Below, piece by piece: positions 49,724 to 64,000 of a stretch of DNA of 64,000 nt. The stretch lies in the NCBI RefSeq assembly GCF_009914755.1, contig NC_060939.1; one strand, written 5' to 3'. The notes beneath the pieces were generated by a model, which saw only the letters and a list, made by a program, of their open reading frames with translations, did no database searches and had not been told where the DNA came from. Within the stretch, counting starts at the first letter, position 1, and each line of letters opens with the position of its first letter. A program made the translations under genes and the position numbers. The stretch comes from the human T2T-CHM13v2.0 reference genome, Homo sapiens.

Positions 49724-50573
49724 CTGCAAAGGAGACATTCCATTTCGGGAACAAGGAACCCCAGTCCTGCCCATGCATCCTCAGTGCCAATTCTGCCCTG
49801 GCCTTGAGCCAGAAGCTTGAGGCAGAGATCAGAGACTAGGACCCTTCTCTAGGGGACACAGCAAAATGACAAGTACAGCGAGCACACAGCTAAACTATAC
49901 AGCTCATCCCTGGGGGAGGGCACTGCGGGAGGTAGAGAGGGGTCGCCAAGGGCCCACCTTCCCCAGTGCGGGTGAGCAGCATCTCCTGGAGGTGCGCCTG
50001 GTCTCCCAGAGATGCTGAGGAGCTTCCCACCTGAGTGTCAAAGACCCTGTCCCATTTCTCTGGCCAAGGGGTAAGCAGGGGAGCAGGCAGTGCTGGAATA
50101 GGGACAGTTTGGGGTGTGGGTGAGGTGAAGGTGTCAGACTCACAGCGCCGGGGCCTGGCCACAGGCCATGATGCCAGCAGGACTGCCCTCCCTGCCGCCT
50201 CCTTCCTGTGGCCTGAGCTCTGCTGCGGGGAGCTTGGCACAGACTCACCTGACCTGGCTGAGGCTACCACACTGGGAGAGGGGGATGGCACTGAGAAAAA
50301 AAGGTAAACCTTTGCCTTGGCCAGGTTGGCCCAGAGCACAGGTGAGCAGGGAGGAGGCTGGAAACCCGAGAAGCATGGACTCTGCTAGGTCCCAGTGCAC
50401 TGGGACAGTCTTGAGGGGCGGGAGGAAGAAGCCTGGGGCAGCCTGTGCCTGACCTCACAGACCTGCAAAGGGGCCCCGGCTCTGCCTTGAGGTCCTCTTA
50501 CAAACAGGTCACTTCCTGAGGGCTTCCCACCCTCTAGTCTGTGTGTATCTCTGACTGGGAAAGGGGTCCTCAC

Positions 50574-50666
50574 CTGTAGTCCGGGGGCTCCTCAACTCTG
50601 TCTGGTTTCTCTTTGCAGGACACAGGACTGTTCAGAGAAGCTGTCTTTCTGTGCATTTGTTGGTTG
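50574..50666 (-). CDS. GRAMD2A: GRAMD2A coding exon 2 (NQQMHRKTASLNSPVSCKEKPDRVEEPPDYS), 93 nt, phase 2-2
   Basis: Minus-strand ccctag|CAACCAACAAATG...GACTACAG|gtgag; the peptide matches the GRAMD2A N-terminal region. Exon 1 is outside the window. Confidence 0.9.
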
Positions 50667-52521
50667 CTAGGGAAAAACAGGCCCATATCAGGAAGGGGGC
50701 TTCATGAGGACACCTTTCCCTAACAGCCCCACCATGCCCATGGCCGCTGCCTCTGGCCCCCACCCAAGACTGGCCCTGATATTGAGGGTGACACTGAAAA
50801 TGTCACAGTTCAGAGGCAGCAGCGCAGGCAGAGGTTCTGGGATGGCTGACGGAGTAGGCGGGTCTCACACAGCGTCTTTCCCGAAAGCCAGAAGTTCTGC
50901 TTATGCCTAGGCTGGGAGGAAAATCAACCTGTCTACCTCATCTCCAGTGCCAGGCAGCTCGTAGGCCAGGCTGAGTGAGGCCTCTAGCCCCACCCTTGAG
51001 GAGGCACACTGAGAGGGAGGACCCTGAGACTCGCTTATGCCGAGAACAAAAGTGTCCAAAGTACCCGCGCAGCATGACTGTAAACCATCAGGTTCCGGGA
51101 AAGTAGGCTGAGCACAGGAGGCCTTATCAAAGCTCAGGAGCTGATGCGCTGAAGGTGTGGGAGGTGGACGCCCATCAGCCTACAGGTGAGTGTGGCCAGG
51201 AGGGGAGGAGCCGTCTCATACCAGGAAGTGGCCTCAGCCACCTTGGACAGTCAGGACAGCTTGATGATGAGAGCCAAACCATCTCAAAAATGTCCCTGAG
51301 GGAGAGCGTAGGAGGGAACAGATCCTCTCTCCCTGGGCAGGTCGGGCTCTCCAATGGCCTTTGAGTTCCTGCCTCCACTAATCGCTCCAAAGAATCATTA
51401 CCCTGTTCCTGCTCCTCCAGGCTACACATCAATAAAGCCTGAGCCGTCAAGCCAGCCCCAACCAAGTGGGCCCAGGGGCTGACCAAGAAAGAGAGGGTGG
51501 CCAAGAAGCAGGGCCGTGCTGGGGCAGTGTGGTGGTCAGGAACAGGTAACAAGGTCACGTGCAGTGGTCCTGCTGCAGATTAGGAGCTGGAGCCTGGAAC
51601 CTACAAATCTCAATGCTCAGTCACCCTCCGCTCTGTGACTGAGGCCAGCCAAAGTTCTCTTCTTCAAGAACAGAGTTTTCGCCTCAGCCCAAGATCTGCC
51701 AGGACCCTCAGAGATTGATTCAGCCTCACCCGCTCCCACCATACCATTGTACAGATTATGAAACTGAGACCTGCCAAGGGACAGGCTGTGTCCGGTCCTA
51801 CAGTGAACAGCCAGTGACCTCACCCACAAAATCAGCCCAGCCATGGCCATGTGGCCTGGTTACCTCTGTCCTCAACCTTAGAGAGGATTTTGCCACACAT
51901 ATCAACATATACCTACAACAGTCTTGTGAAGTGACAGATTTTGCTAGAGATTTGACTCTCAAAGTTGATTTCTGGATTTATTTGGTTCCATCATGTCACA
52001 TTTCACAGAGGTTTTTTTTTTTCCCTTGATTTTTAAAGATTATAGAAAATATGAAAAATATATATAAGATCAAAATCACCTAAAGATTCCCCAAAAATCA
52101 CCCAAATAAAAAATGTATGATAAACATATAACCTATGTAAATGGTTATATAATCTATAATTTGTATACCCTACTTCTGTGGCTTAACCTGATTTCATGAG
52201 AAATTTCCCATGTCACTCACTGTCCATTCCTAAGATAGATTCTCAGAAGTGAAATTAGTGGATTGAGAATGAACAGATGCTGTTCCAGTTAACCCAGCCA
52301 TCAGCACGACATGAAGGTGCCTGTTTCCCCATATTCATGCCCTTCTCTGGATATTGTCTCTCGCTCACCTTTGCAAATCTGATAGGTGAAAATACGTTGT
52401 CTTCATTTGTATTTCTGCTTACTGGTAGGTTGAACAGTTTTTTCCAAATAATTATTAACCACTGGAAGTTCATTGTCTTATAGACAATTCACAGGTGAAA
52501 TTCTTTCTTCATTTGTATTGA

Positions 52522-53458
<937 letters not shown>

Positions 53459-54374
53459 TGTAAATTCTTTATTGAGAACGTTAATCCTTAGTTTATCATT
53501 TTTGTGATGTTTTCCCCAGTTTGTCGTTTCTCTTTTGTCTGTGGTATTTCTGCTGTGCCTGTGTGTAATTACTGCATGGGAGATTCCATCTATTTCTTCC
53601 ATGTATGTTTCTCGCTTGGTCTCAGTCCTCTCACAGGACAGGCCTGGGGGGAGTAGATATGCAAGTCAGACCACTGAGCCATTACAGCGTGGGCCTGGCA
53701 GTGAATCCATGGGGCCGCCAGGGAAAAATTCTGTGGGCTCAGCTCTGAAGAACCTGCATCCCAGACTGAAGGATGGATGAGGGATAGAACGGGATGACAA
53801 TGGGAAGGAGCTTGGACAGTGCTTTCAGAGGCAGGGAGCCTGTTGCTTGAGAATGTGAGTCAAATTCTCAGGACTGCAGGAGCTCAGAGGATGCACAGAT
53901 CCCTGGGAACTGAAATACAGTGGGGTTCCTAGAGAAAAGGAAGCTGAGCCTTAGAAACTGGGTATAATTATAATCTTGCATGGATTATCTAATCTTGCAT
54001 AGATAACCATGTCTTTGCATGGATTCTAAACCAAACACATCCTTAGGTTCAAATGTGACTGTCTCAGGGAGAGAAGCCTTCCCTCAGCCCTCCCCCAGCC
54101 TAGGTGAGTAGTCCCTGCTTCAGATACTCACTCACAGCACCCTGATCGGAAGTCTCTGCTCAGCATCTGTCACACTGTGTCTGTGTGCCATGACTGTGCA
54201 TCTCCAGGGGCTCACAGACTCTGCCTGGTCCTTCATTGAATCCCCTGAGTCCAGTGCTGAGCATGCAGCAGGCGCTCACGACAACTCCAGGGAGGAGCTT
54301 TCCTGCCTTCAGACCAGGCTCAGCCACCAAACCCGGCCAACTTTCAAGTCTCTTTAAATTAAAAGCCAACTCCT

Positions 54375-54686
54375 GGCCAGGTGTAGTGGCTTATGCCTGT
54401 AAGCCCAGCACTTTGGGAGGCTGAGGCAGGTGGATCACCTGAGGTCAGGAGTTCAAGACCAGCCTGGCCAACATGGTGAAACCCGATCTCTACTAAAAAT
54501 ATATAAATTAGCTGGGCATGGTGGCGGGCATCTGTAATCCCAGCTACTCAAGGGGCTGAGGCAGCAAAGTCGCTTGAACCCGGGAGGTGGAGGTTTCAGT
54601 GAGCCGAGATCACACCATTGCACTCCAGTCCAGCCTGGGCGACGAGAGTGAAATTCTGTCTAAAAAAAAAAAAAAAAAAAAAAAAA
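54375..54686 (+). mobile_element. AluSx-like
   Basis: TSD aaaagccaactcct. Confidence 0.93.
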
Positions 54687-56129
54687 GCCAACTCCTTTAT
54701 ACATGATCAAGAGGATGGTTGCAAGCCATTCCTTTCTGTTTGCCCACTGAAGCCAGTTCCTCCTGTCTCTCTGCTGATAATGCTCTTGGCTCAGAGACCC
54801 TGCCTATGGCCAAAATGAGTAAACCTGCCGCGCTCTCAAAACGATCTTCAGTTCACTTTCCACTCAATAGTGGTGTCTTCTCCCCTGTAGTGTTTATTTT
54901 GACGAATGAAAATAAAGAAATGGGAGTAGTGCCACCTGAAGAAGTACAGGGCAGACTGGTCACTGAGCACTCACCAGCAGAACCACTCAGGCAGGGGACA
55001 CCCAGTGACCAGCTGGGCCCTGACCCAGAGGGCCAAGAAGGAGGCTTCAAGAGCACAGGGCTCAGCCTGGTCCCCCACCCTGCAGGCAGCCGCTGTAGAC
55101 TCTACTCACAGACTTTTTGTCGCGCTAGGTGTTCATGCCCTGTGGGTTGTGAACCACATCTCCTCCCGCTCTGTCCCATCCAGTCCCGTCCCATCCCCAT
55201 GCCCCAGCTGTGGAATTCATGTCAGGAGTCCTGGAAGCCATAAAAAACTACCTAATTTCTGTCAGGAGAGGTATGGAGCAGGGGAGTGGCAGTGTTTTGA
55301 CATTAAAGGAGGTACAAAAGATTGGAAATCCTCCGATGAGGCCCTTCCCCTGGCTGAGCATGGTCTGAAGGCAGGAAGGCCCCTCCCTAGAGGGCACAGG
55401 AGGTGTCTGCCTGCTCTCCAGCCCCATGCAGCAAAAAATACTCCCTGAGCTTTTCACATCATGAGGCAGGTAGGGAGCTCCCCAGCCTGAGAAGCTGCCA
55501 GAGGGCAGGGATGGCACCAGCACAGGGAGATGTCAAGAATGGGGAGACAGGGCAGGAGAGGAGGGGGCAATGAGTGGGAGCCCAGATACACAGGAGTCTA
55601 GGGGCCTCGTGGTGCACCTGACACAGGCATTCTGCTCTGCACACCTCCCCCAGGCTCCAAATACCCACACCAGGCAGTCACTCCCAAGTCTACCTCTGTA
55701 ACCTTGACACCCACACCCTCCCGAGCTTCACCCCCTGCCATCTAGACGTGTCCATGCATGTAATCTCAGTAGCGGCCCCCCAAACCCACTTCCTCCTTGG
55801 CATCCAATGTCTGTGAAAGGCTCTGTCTCCCCACAGTTACCCAGGCCAGAATACTCCACTCATTCTTCTCCTCACCTCCACAGCCAATCAAGCCCTCAGG
55901 TCCCCCCCAAGATAACCCATAAAACCATCTCTTTTCTCATTCCCACTACACCACGCAAGCCCAGGCCACAATCCTTTTCCCAGATGCTGGCAACAGCTCC
56001 CTGACCAAAACTGCCTCCGGCTGTGCGGGTACACACTGCCTCTCTCCCACATGCACACTGCCCAGAGGGCCAGCTGGGGCCCGGGTCTGATCCTGCCACT
56101 CTCCTGCTGATGCTCCTTCTTCACTTCCC

Positions 56130-56570
56130 GTCACTTCTTCAGCTGGCCTCCCAGACCTTCCTGCTTTCCAGCCTCATCGCCCGTCATTCCCTCCCCTGCA
56201 GTACAGCCCAGCACCTTCACTTCTATGCCACAGCAGCCCTTCACACCTGCGTGCTTTGCCTGCATACCTGCTTACCCTTCTCATGCTTATCTACCTGGGG
56301 AGTTCCGGTCATCTTTCAAGCCCCAGGTGAAACGTCACCACCTCTGTGAAGCCTTCCTCAGTTTCCCCCAGCAGAGGGGCTCATCCCTCTTCTGTGGTCC
56401 ACTGTCGCTTCTTGCAGGCTGCTGCCCCAGCACTTACCACACCAGAGTGTGCTTGTCTGTTTACACATCTGTGTCCCCCAGTTGACTCTGAGCTCCAGCA
56501 AGGGCGTGTCCCGTACATCTCTGTATCCCCAGCATACAGCCAGCACCCAGTGTTTGCTGAATGAATGAAG
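56130..56570 (+). mobile_element. L2 3' fragment
   Basis: tcaccacctctgtgaagccttcc...gagctccagcaaggg...tgtttgctgaatgaatgaa. Confidence 0.65.
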
Positions 56571-57583
56571 GAGAGACAGGGAAAAAGAGATAACACCCCA
56601 AAAGGGAGAAGGAGAGGAAAAAGCAAGGCAGTAAGAGTGAGGGGGCGCAGAGAATGACACACCCAGCAGGAAAGGAGGGGACAGGCTGGACAGGAGCTGA
56701 TGGGGTCCCCCACAGCAGGGCCCTTTCCTCCAGGAGCTCTGGTTCGGTACCTCAAGGCACTCAGCCCAGGGTGGCTGACTGATCAAAGAGGAACTCAGGT
56801 GGGAGGTAGGAGGCCCAAGCAAAGAATAAAGGGTCTGGGCAGGATGGGGTATTTGGGTGAAAGCACAGGCTGGGCCCCTCCTGTCTCCAGTGGGCTGCAC
56901 ACACCTGGGCGGGCCATGCCCTGGCAACACTCCCCCAGCCTTCCCAGCCCTTCCTAACCACAGGGCAAACCTCCCTCCAGTACTCATCCAAGCCTCTGGC
57001 AGTGGCCAAGCCTGTGGCTGATGCTGAAGCACAAATCTCAGCCGGGCCTGCGTGGTCACAGGCAGGGCCTTCCCCACAGCTGGGGTGGGGTGGTCCCCTT
57101 GGGCATCTCCTCCTCCAAGGAGGTGACCGCACTCTCCCAAGCTGACTTCTTGTGGACCCTGTGGGTCCTGCCAACTCTTCTCAAGGCCAGGCCAAAGACA
57201 GCTCCACCCTTTTGTGCAGCCAGCCAGGACGCTCAGCCCCAGCGAGCTCCAAGCAGAGACCTGAAAACACCACTGTTCTCTTCCAAACAAAAACACATCA
57301 TGGCAACAGGCCCCGACAGTACAAACCCAGAAACCAGGGAAATAGCCATCCAAGGACAGGAAGCTTCGTGGACATCTGTCCTGGATAAAACTTCGCAAAC
57401 TGGGGCTCAATAGGCTGGACCTGGGACTCTTCCCCCCAGTGGCTGCTCCAGATCCCCCGACAAGGTCTCTTCACTCCACCTGCACTTCTCACTCAGCTCA
57501 CCTCCTACTTCAGGGGGAAAGGACACTCTCCTTTTAACTCTAAAGTGTAGCCGCTGGGTGCACATTAGAATCACCTGCAGTGC

Positions 57584-57889
57584 TTTTTTTTTTTTTTTTT
57601 TTTTTTTAAGAGATGGAGTCTTGCTCTGTTGCCCAGGCTGGAACACAGTGGTGCAATCATAGCTCACCACAGCCTCAACTTCCTGGGGCTCAAGTGATCC
57701 TCCTGCCTAAGCCTCCCAAAGTAGGTGAAACTACAGGTGTATGCCACCATGCCCAGCTATTTTTTAAAAAATTTTTTTATAGAGATAAGGTCTTGCTCTG
57801 TTGCCCAGGCTGGTCCTGGCCTCAAGCAATTCTCCCACCTCGGCTTTCTAAAGTGCTCGGATTACAGGCATGAGCCACTGTGCTCAGCC
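57584..57889 (-). mobile_element. AluJ within a MER5-like element (~57540-57965)
   Basis: cacattagaatcacctg before the Alu and ttaaatcagaatatctggg after it. Confidence 0.85.
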
Positions 57890-58459
57890 TGCAGTCCTTT
57901 AAAAAAAAAAAAAAATGATGCCTGAGCTCTGTCTCAAACCAGTTAAATCAGAATATCTGGGAATAGCATTTAAATAACTATAGATTTCTTAAATTGTTGT
58001 TGAAGTATTATTTACATATAGAAAAGCACATGTTAAGTAAATGTACAATTCAATGCATTTCACAAACGAGTACACACCTGGGAACCAGGCCCCCAGAACT
58101 ACCCGCTGCTTCCTCTGGTTTCACTGGCCACACCCTCCTGGCCATGGATAGCCATCATCCCGACTTCCAGCACCACAGAGTGCTTTTGCTGCTTTTGGGA
58201 CTTTAAATGAACAGAATCATACCATACATACTCGTGTATGTGTCTGCTTTTACTCAGCAATGCATTTGAAATATGGATAGACCACAATTTATTTATTCGT
58301 TTTACTACTGATGGACATTTAGGCAGTTTCCACTTTTTGCCTCTTATGAAAGTGCTATGAAAATTGTAGTACCAGTCTTGTGCATGCAAGTATTCACTTC
58401 CGTGGGTAAACACTTAGGATTAGAAGCTCTAGGTCATAAGGCAGGTGTATGTTCAGCTT

Positions 58460-58756
58460 CTTTTTTTCTTTTTGAGACAGAGTCTCACTCTTTCACCGAG
58501 GTTGGAGGGCAGTGGCATAATCTCAGCTCACTGCAGCCTCGACCTCCCAGGTTCAAGAGATTCTCATGTATCAGCCCCCTGAGTAGCTGGGATTACAGGC
58601 GTGTGCCAACACGCCCAGCTAATTGTTGTATTTTTAGCAGAGACGGGGTTTCACCATGTTGGCCAGGCTGGTCTTGAACCCCTCACTTCAAGTGATCCAC
58701 CCGCCTCGGCCTCCCAAAGTGCTGGGATTATAGGCGTGAGCCACCGCACCTGGCCG
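58460..58756 (-). mobile_element. AluS adjoining an old L1 fragment (~57990-58455)
   Basis: Antisense Alu; upstream gatggacatttaggcagtttccac is an L1-like motif. Confidence 0.88.
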
Positions 58757-59292
58757 GCTTTAGCTTTTAAAGGCTCCCAGGTGATTGTAAACCCCCAGCC
58801 AACTAAGAAACCATGGGAAGAATCCTGCCCCCACCCCTCCTTTCTTTGTGGCTTCTCTCCAAGGCCAATCCACCTGCCTGGGCTCTGAAACTGGGGTCCT
58901 GACCCTCCTGAGCCTTCTTCACCCTGGCCCTCTTGAGTTTCAGGAACTTCCTTGACAAGGCAGGGAACCCCACTGTCAATAAGCTTTCCTTCATCTGTTT
59001 AAGGCCTGGGGGCCCATTTCCTAGGTTGTACCACAGAAGTCACAAGACCAGCTTTTCCAGGTGGCAGAGGCCGGCTCTGAACCACACTGTGTCCTTCCCG
59101 AGAGACTCCCTATGTGCTCTCAGGGCCACAGTCCTCACACACAGTCAGAAACTGGGTGACAAGACCTTTCCTGATGGCAAACTAGGATTCTGTGGAGAGA
59201 GGCAGGCTTATTATCATCAATGTGCTGAAACTTGAAGATAAAAGGTAATTTCCTTCTTTTGCAAAAATAATGTCATTATTGCTGTCTTGCAC

Positions 59293-59599
59293 TTTCTTTT
59301 TTTTTTTTTTTTTTTTTTTTTGAGATGGAGTCTTGCTCTATCGCCCAGGCTGGAGTGCAGTGGCGCAATCTCGGCTCACTGCCAGCTCTGCCTCTGGGTT
59401 CGTGCCGTTCTCCTGCCTCAGCCTCCGGAGTAGCTGGGACTACAGGCGCCCGCCACCACGCCCGGCTAATTTTTTGTATTTTTAGTAGAGAAGGGGTTTC
59501 ACCGTGTTAGCCAGGATGGTCTTGATCTCCTGACCTTGTGATCCGCCCGCCTCGGCCTCCCAAAGTGCTGGGATTACAGTTGTGAGCCACCCGGCCCGG
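59293..59599 (-). mobile_element. AluY
   Basis: Y diagnostics, CpG-rich, long T-tail, TSD tgtcttgcacttt. Confidence 0.95.
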
Positions 59600-61799
59600 C
59601 TGTCTTGCACTTTCATAGAAGCTGTACCTCCCTTTTTATTTTCTCAGATGACATTCCATATCTAGGACAACTGCTTTGTCCTTTCCACTGACTGGAGGAG
59701 GGGAGAAAAATCCAATAATCGAGTCTCATACTGAGTGTAAGGGGGTGAGGCTTAGTGAGTTGGGGTCCCACTCAGCTCCCCTGGCAGCGGGCTCCAGAGG
59801 GGCGGGAACTCAACCTCATCACAATCCCTTCTTCCAGGAAGGGTTCTGAGAACACCCAGGCCGGGAACGGGCTTGCTCTCCCATCACTGCCTGTAGCAGC
59901 TTTGAGATGAAGGGGGGATGTGGAGGGCCAGAGGCCTATCTTCCCAAGACCTACCAAGTGACCCTGGCCACAGCCAGCGGAACCATGGTGTGCTCCAGGC
60001 CCAGGAAAAGCCATCACAAGCTGACCAGCAGCCTCTTTAGAGTGAAAAGATGAGCCGGCCTGTCAGATTCCCTTCCTAAGGAATCCTAACTGGGAAATCC
60101 GAGATGTGGAGGTATGCAGCCAGGAGGGAACAGGCGAGAGAGAGCCAGGTAGGTGCGAGCTGCAGCTACACTAGAGCTGAACCTCTGGGTGCCCCCGGAG
60201 ACTGGCTCTAGAGCGAGGGAAGAGGGGGCAGGAGGCAGAGAGAAGCAGGGGGCCATGGGCCAGGCCTCCAGTCTAGGAGAGCACGAACTGGCTCCCCTAA
60301 GATGCCCATTAACTCCTGCATTTGTGTCTCCACAAAATGGCAAACAGAGAAAAAAATTATCCCCTCTGTGACCTGCAGATCGTCAGGGCTACTGTGAGGA
60401 TCTGCAAGAGGTCTTGACTCAGTCTGGGGTGGGGCTGGGGACACCCATAACCCTGCCCATTGAGCAGGACGTCCCCGACTAGCACTGGTGAGCGCTGTGT
60501 TAGCCTCTGTCCCATCACATCCTTGAAGGATACCTAGAGGGGCATCTACCCACGGCAAGTGAAGACAGGGGTACCACTGGGCCTCAAAGGCACCCAGAAA
60601 GCTCCATACATGTCCTCCATGCCTGAATCTTTCCACTGGGACTACAGTCCAAGGAACCAGCCGCGGCAAGGCCCTCTCTACACCTGGGCCACACCCAGTG
60701 ACTGCCTCCCACCACCATGGGCTCGGAGGCACGACCCAACTTCAGCTCAGGCCCAGCCTCCCTTTCTTCTCCTCCCTCCACCAGAGGTTAGAGGCCAGCA
60801 ATTGCTGCCCCCTCCTGCCCAGAGCTCAAAGGCCTGTGCAGTGAGAACAGTCGCCACGGAGACAGACAGGGACAAACAGCTAAAACCGGGAAGCTTTCCT
60901 CCTGGGGATATCCAGGATTTCCTACAAAGCATAGGCCAAATCACAGAGCCGGCTCTGCAGAGAGTGCCCTGCCGGCTGCTGGCTTCGTCCCATCATGCCC
61001 GCTGCTGGAGCGGCATCTATTTGAGCTGGCACCCCCGGGTCTGCTCATAGACCACTTTTTCTTGGCAGGCCACTTGGGGCTTGGCCATTTCCAGACAAAA
61101 AGCTGGTCATTCAGGTCTAAAAACAGACTTGCATTCATTAAGGAACAGAGCGCCCCTGTGCTCTTGGGGGCCGCCCTCCGGCCAGGCCTGCTAAGTGAGG
61201 GGGCCTGCAGACAGGCTGAGCCGCTCAGACGCCCCCACTCAGGGCTGCCAGGGGCTGTGGCTACTCTGGAGACAAGTCAGTTCTGTCCATCCATGGATAC
61301 TGTCCAGACAGCCCACCCCAACCACCCTGGGATACCCACCTCAGAATTACTCTGGCTTTGTGGATCCATCAGGCTCTTCTCAGGACCACAGGCAAGTGTG
61401 AAGGGTCTTGGGGTCCTGAAAGAGCCTGGAGTTGGGGACAGGAAGACAGGAATGCAGGCCTGGAACTGCTTCTCACTGCTGAGGGGCTTTGAGTAAGCCA
61501 CTCTTCCTTTCTGGGCCTCAGTGACTCCTCTGCAAAGGGGCGAGAAAGTCACAGCCCAGGAGGGACAACAAATGTTGTCTGAGGGAAAAAAGCAGAGGCC
61601 ACGAACTGTATAAACTGCAGATGGCCACTGGCCCTCTGAGGTCAGATGAACCCTCATCCCAGGAGGGACCTCTATTAGGGCATCCTGACTCAACCATGGA
61701 GGGCAAGGAAGACTTTTCTGAAGACGTACAACATTGGAGCTCATCTCCAAGGGATGCTAGCCAAATGGAGAAGGGGGATTCTGGGCGGACAGGGTCACT

Positions 61800-62620
61800 G
61801 TAGAGGGGTTGCCATATACAAAGGCCCCAAGGCCAGAAGTGTGCAGCATGTGTGAGAAAGCTAAATAGAGCCTTTGAGTCTGGAGGGCAGAGGTGAGCAG
61901 CGAAGTGGTAAACAACAAGGCTGGAGGGGTTGGCAGGGCCAGATCATGCAGGGCCCATGGGCCTCTATAATGGTTTTGGTCATTATCTTAAAAGCAACGG
62001 GGAACCAATGTAGAGATTTAAACAGGAAAGTATACTATCAACTTTGTGTGTTAATAATTTGTTTCCAAGTAATCCCATGGAAGTGGGGCAGGGGAGTGGA
62101 GGGTGAATATTGGTGAAACAGGAATGACTCGTGTTGTTGGTTATTGTAGCTGGGTGATACATACGTGGGGATCCACTGGACAACTCTCTCATCCTTTGTT
62201 ATGTTCACAATTTTCCATGGAGAGAGATCAGGTGAAAGGCTGTAGCTCAGCAGAGAGATGATGTCTTGGACTGGGTGGCAGTGGTGATGGAGGGCCAGGG
62301 ATGGATTTGGAATATGTATTTCCAAATATAATCAATCTGACATGGTGATGAATTGGATGAGAGGTAAAAACAAGAAGGTGTCAAGTATGACTCCAGATTT
62401 CTGGCTTAAGCGAGTAGGATAGTGGGCTCTTTTGCTGAGACTAAATGAGGTAAAAATGGACTAGAAGAAAAGCCTAGTTGGAAGCAACAGTCACGAGTTC
62501 AGCCTTGAACATGTGTGAGAGACATTTAAGTGGAGATGTCAAACTATATATGACTAAGAAGCTCAGAAGAAAGGTTTAGGCAGGAGGGATAAATTTCTGA
62601 GTTACTGGCCCATAAGTGAG
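61800..62620 (-). mobile_element. L2 fragment(s)
   Basis: gggccagatcatgcagggcc; tcaagtatgactccagatttctggcttaagc; gagttcagccttgaacatg. Confidence 0.6.
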
Positions 62621-62679
62621 AAGAGGAGCTAGTAAGACTGTGCCAGGGAAAGTGGGTACACAAGGAACAGAAGCTATCA

Positions 62680-63629
<950 letters not shown>

Positions 63630-63630
<1 letters not shown>

Positions 63631-63898
63631 ACTCTGTTGCCCAGGTTAGAGTACAGTGGCGCAATCATGGCTCGCTGCAGCCTCAACCTCCCTGGGCTTA
63701 GGTGATCCTCCCACCTCAGCCTCCTGAGTAGCTGGCACTACAAGCACATGCCACCATGCCCAGCTAATTTTGGTATTTTATGTAGAGACAGGGTCTCTCT
63801 ATGTTATCCAGGCTGGTCTCAAACTTCTGGCCTCAAGGGATCCTTCTGCCTCAGCCTCCCAAAGTGTTGGGATTACAGGTGTGAGCCACTGTGCCCAG
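63630..63898 (-). mobile_element. AluJ (another sense Alu begins at 63964 and runs off the window)
   Basis: Antisense Alu body. Confidence 0.85.
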
Positions 63899-64000
63899 AT
63901 GGTAGGGTTTTGTTGTTTTTTTTTTTCTTAACTACAATTTAAAACTGTTCTAAAAGAACTCTTGGCCGGGCGCGGTGGCTCACGCCTGTAATCCCAGCAC

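Noticed and set aside
50144-50290. Longer 147-nt version of the intron-2 cassette using the donor at 50143
   Set aside because: It reads through AGG TGA (stop) and must bypass a stronger upstream donor.
56358-57410. 350-aa minus-strand ORF in GRAMD2A intron 1
   Set aside because: Non-ATG start, no recognisable domain, Pro/Gly/Ser/Leu/Trp/Cys-rich composition typical of GC-rich non-coding DNA, and its 3' part runs through an L2 fragment.
60559-61496. Cluster of 140-175-aa ORFs on both strands
   Set aside because: Overlapping ORFs in GC-rich intronic DNA with no homology I can recognise and no coherent splice pattern.

Overview
Human (primate) genomic DNA that I recognise from the encoded proteins as the SENP8-GRAMD2A locus (chr15q23). 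The left part (1-35 kb) is AT-rich and dense in Alu, L2, MIR and DNA-transposon fragments. It holds the SENP8 intron, a nested RPL21 processed pseudogene, the single SENP8 coding exon (20361-20999, NEDD8-specific protease) and a ~3.4 kb 3'UTR. The right part (36-64 kb) is GC-richer and holds GRAMD2A on the minus strand, convergent with SENP8. Coding exons 2-12 of GRAMD2A could be assembled by hand with canonical GT-AG sites and consistent phases; exon 1 lies beyond the window. Nearly all other ORFs in the track are Alu read-throughs or chance ORFs in GC-rich DNA. I see no convincing wholly new biological system. The best leads are: an in-frame 42-nt candidate cassette exon with near-consensus splice sites in GRAMD2A intron 2; a last intron whose retention yields the same protein; a candidate poison exon that would disrupt the TM anchor; palindrome-associated serial duplications; a 33-bp hairpin in the SENP8 intron; and a four-layer nested insertion (MIR > Alu > RPL21 retrocopy > Alu). 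Repeat boundaries and subfamily calls are by eye and approximate.
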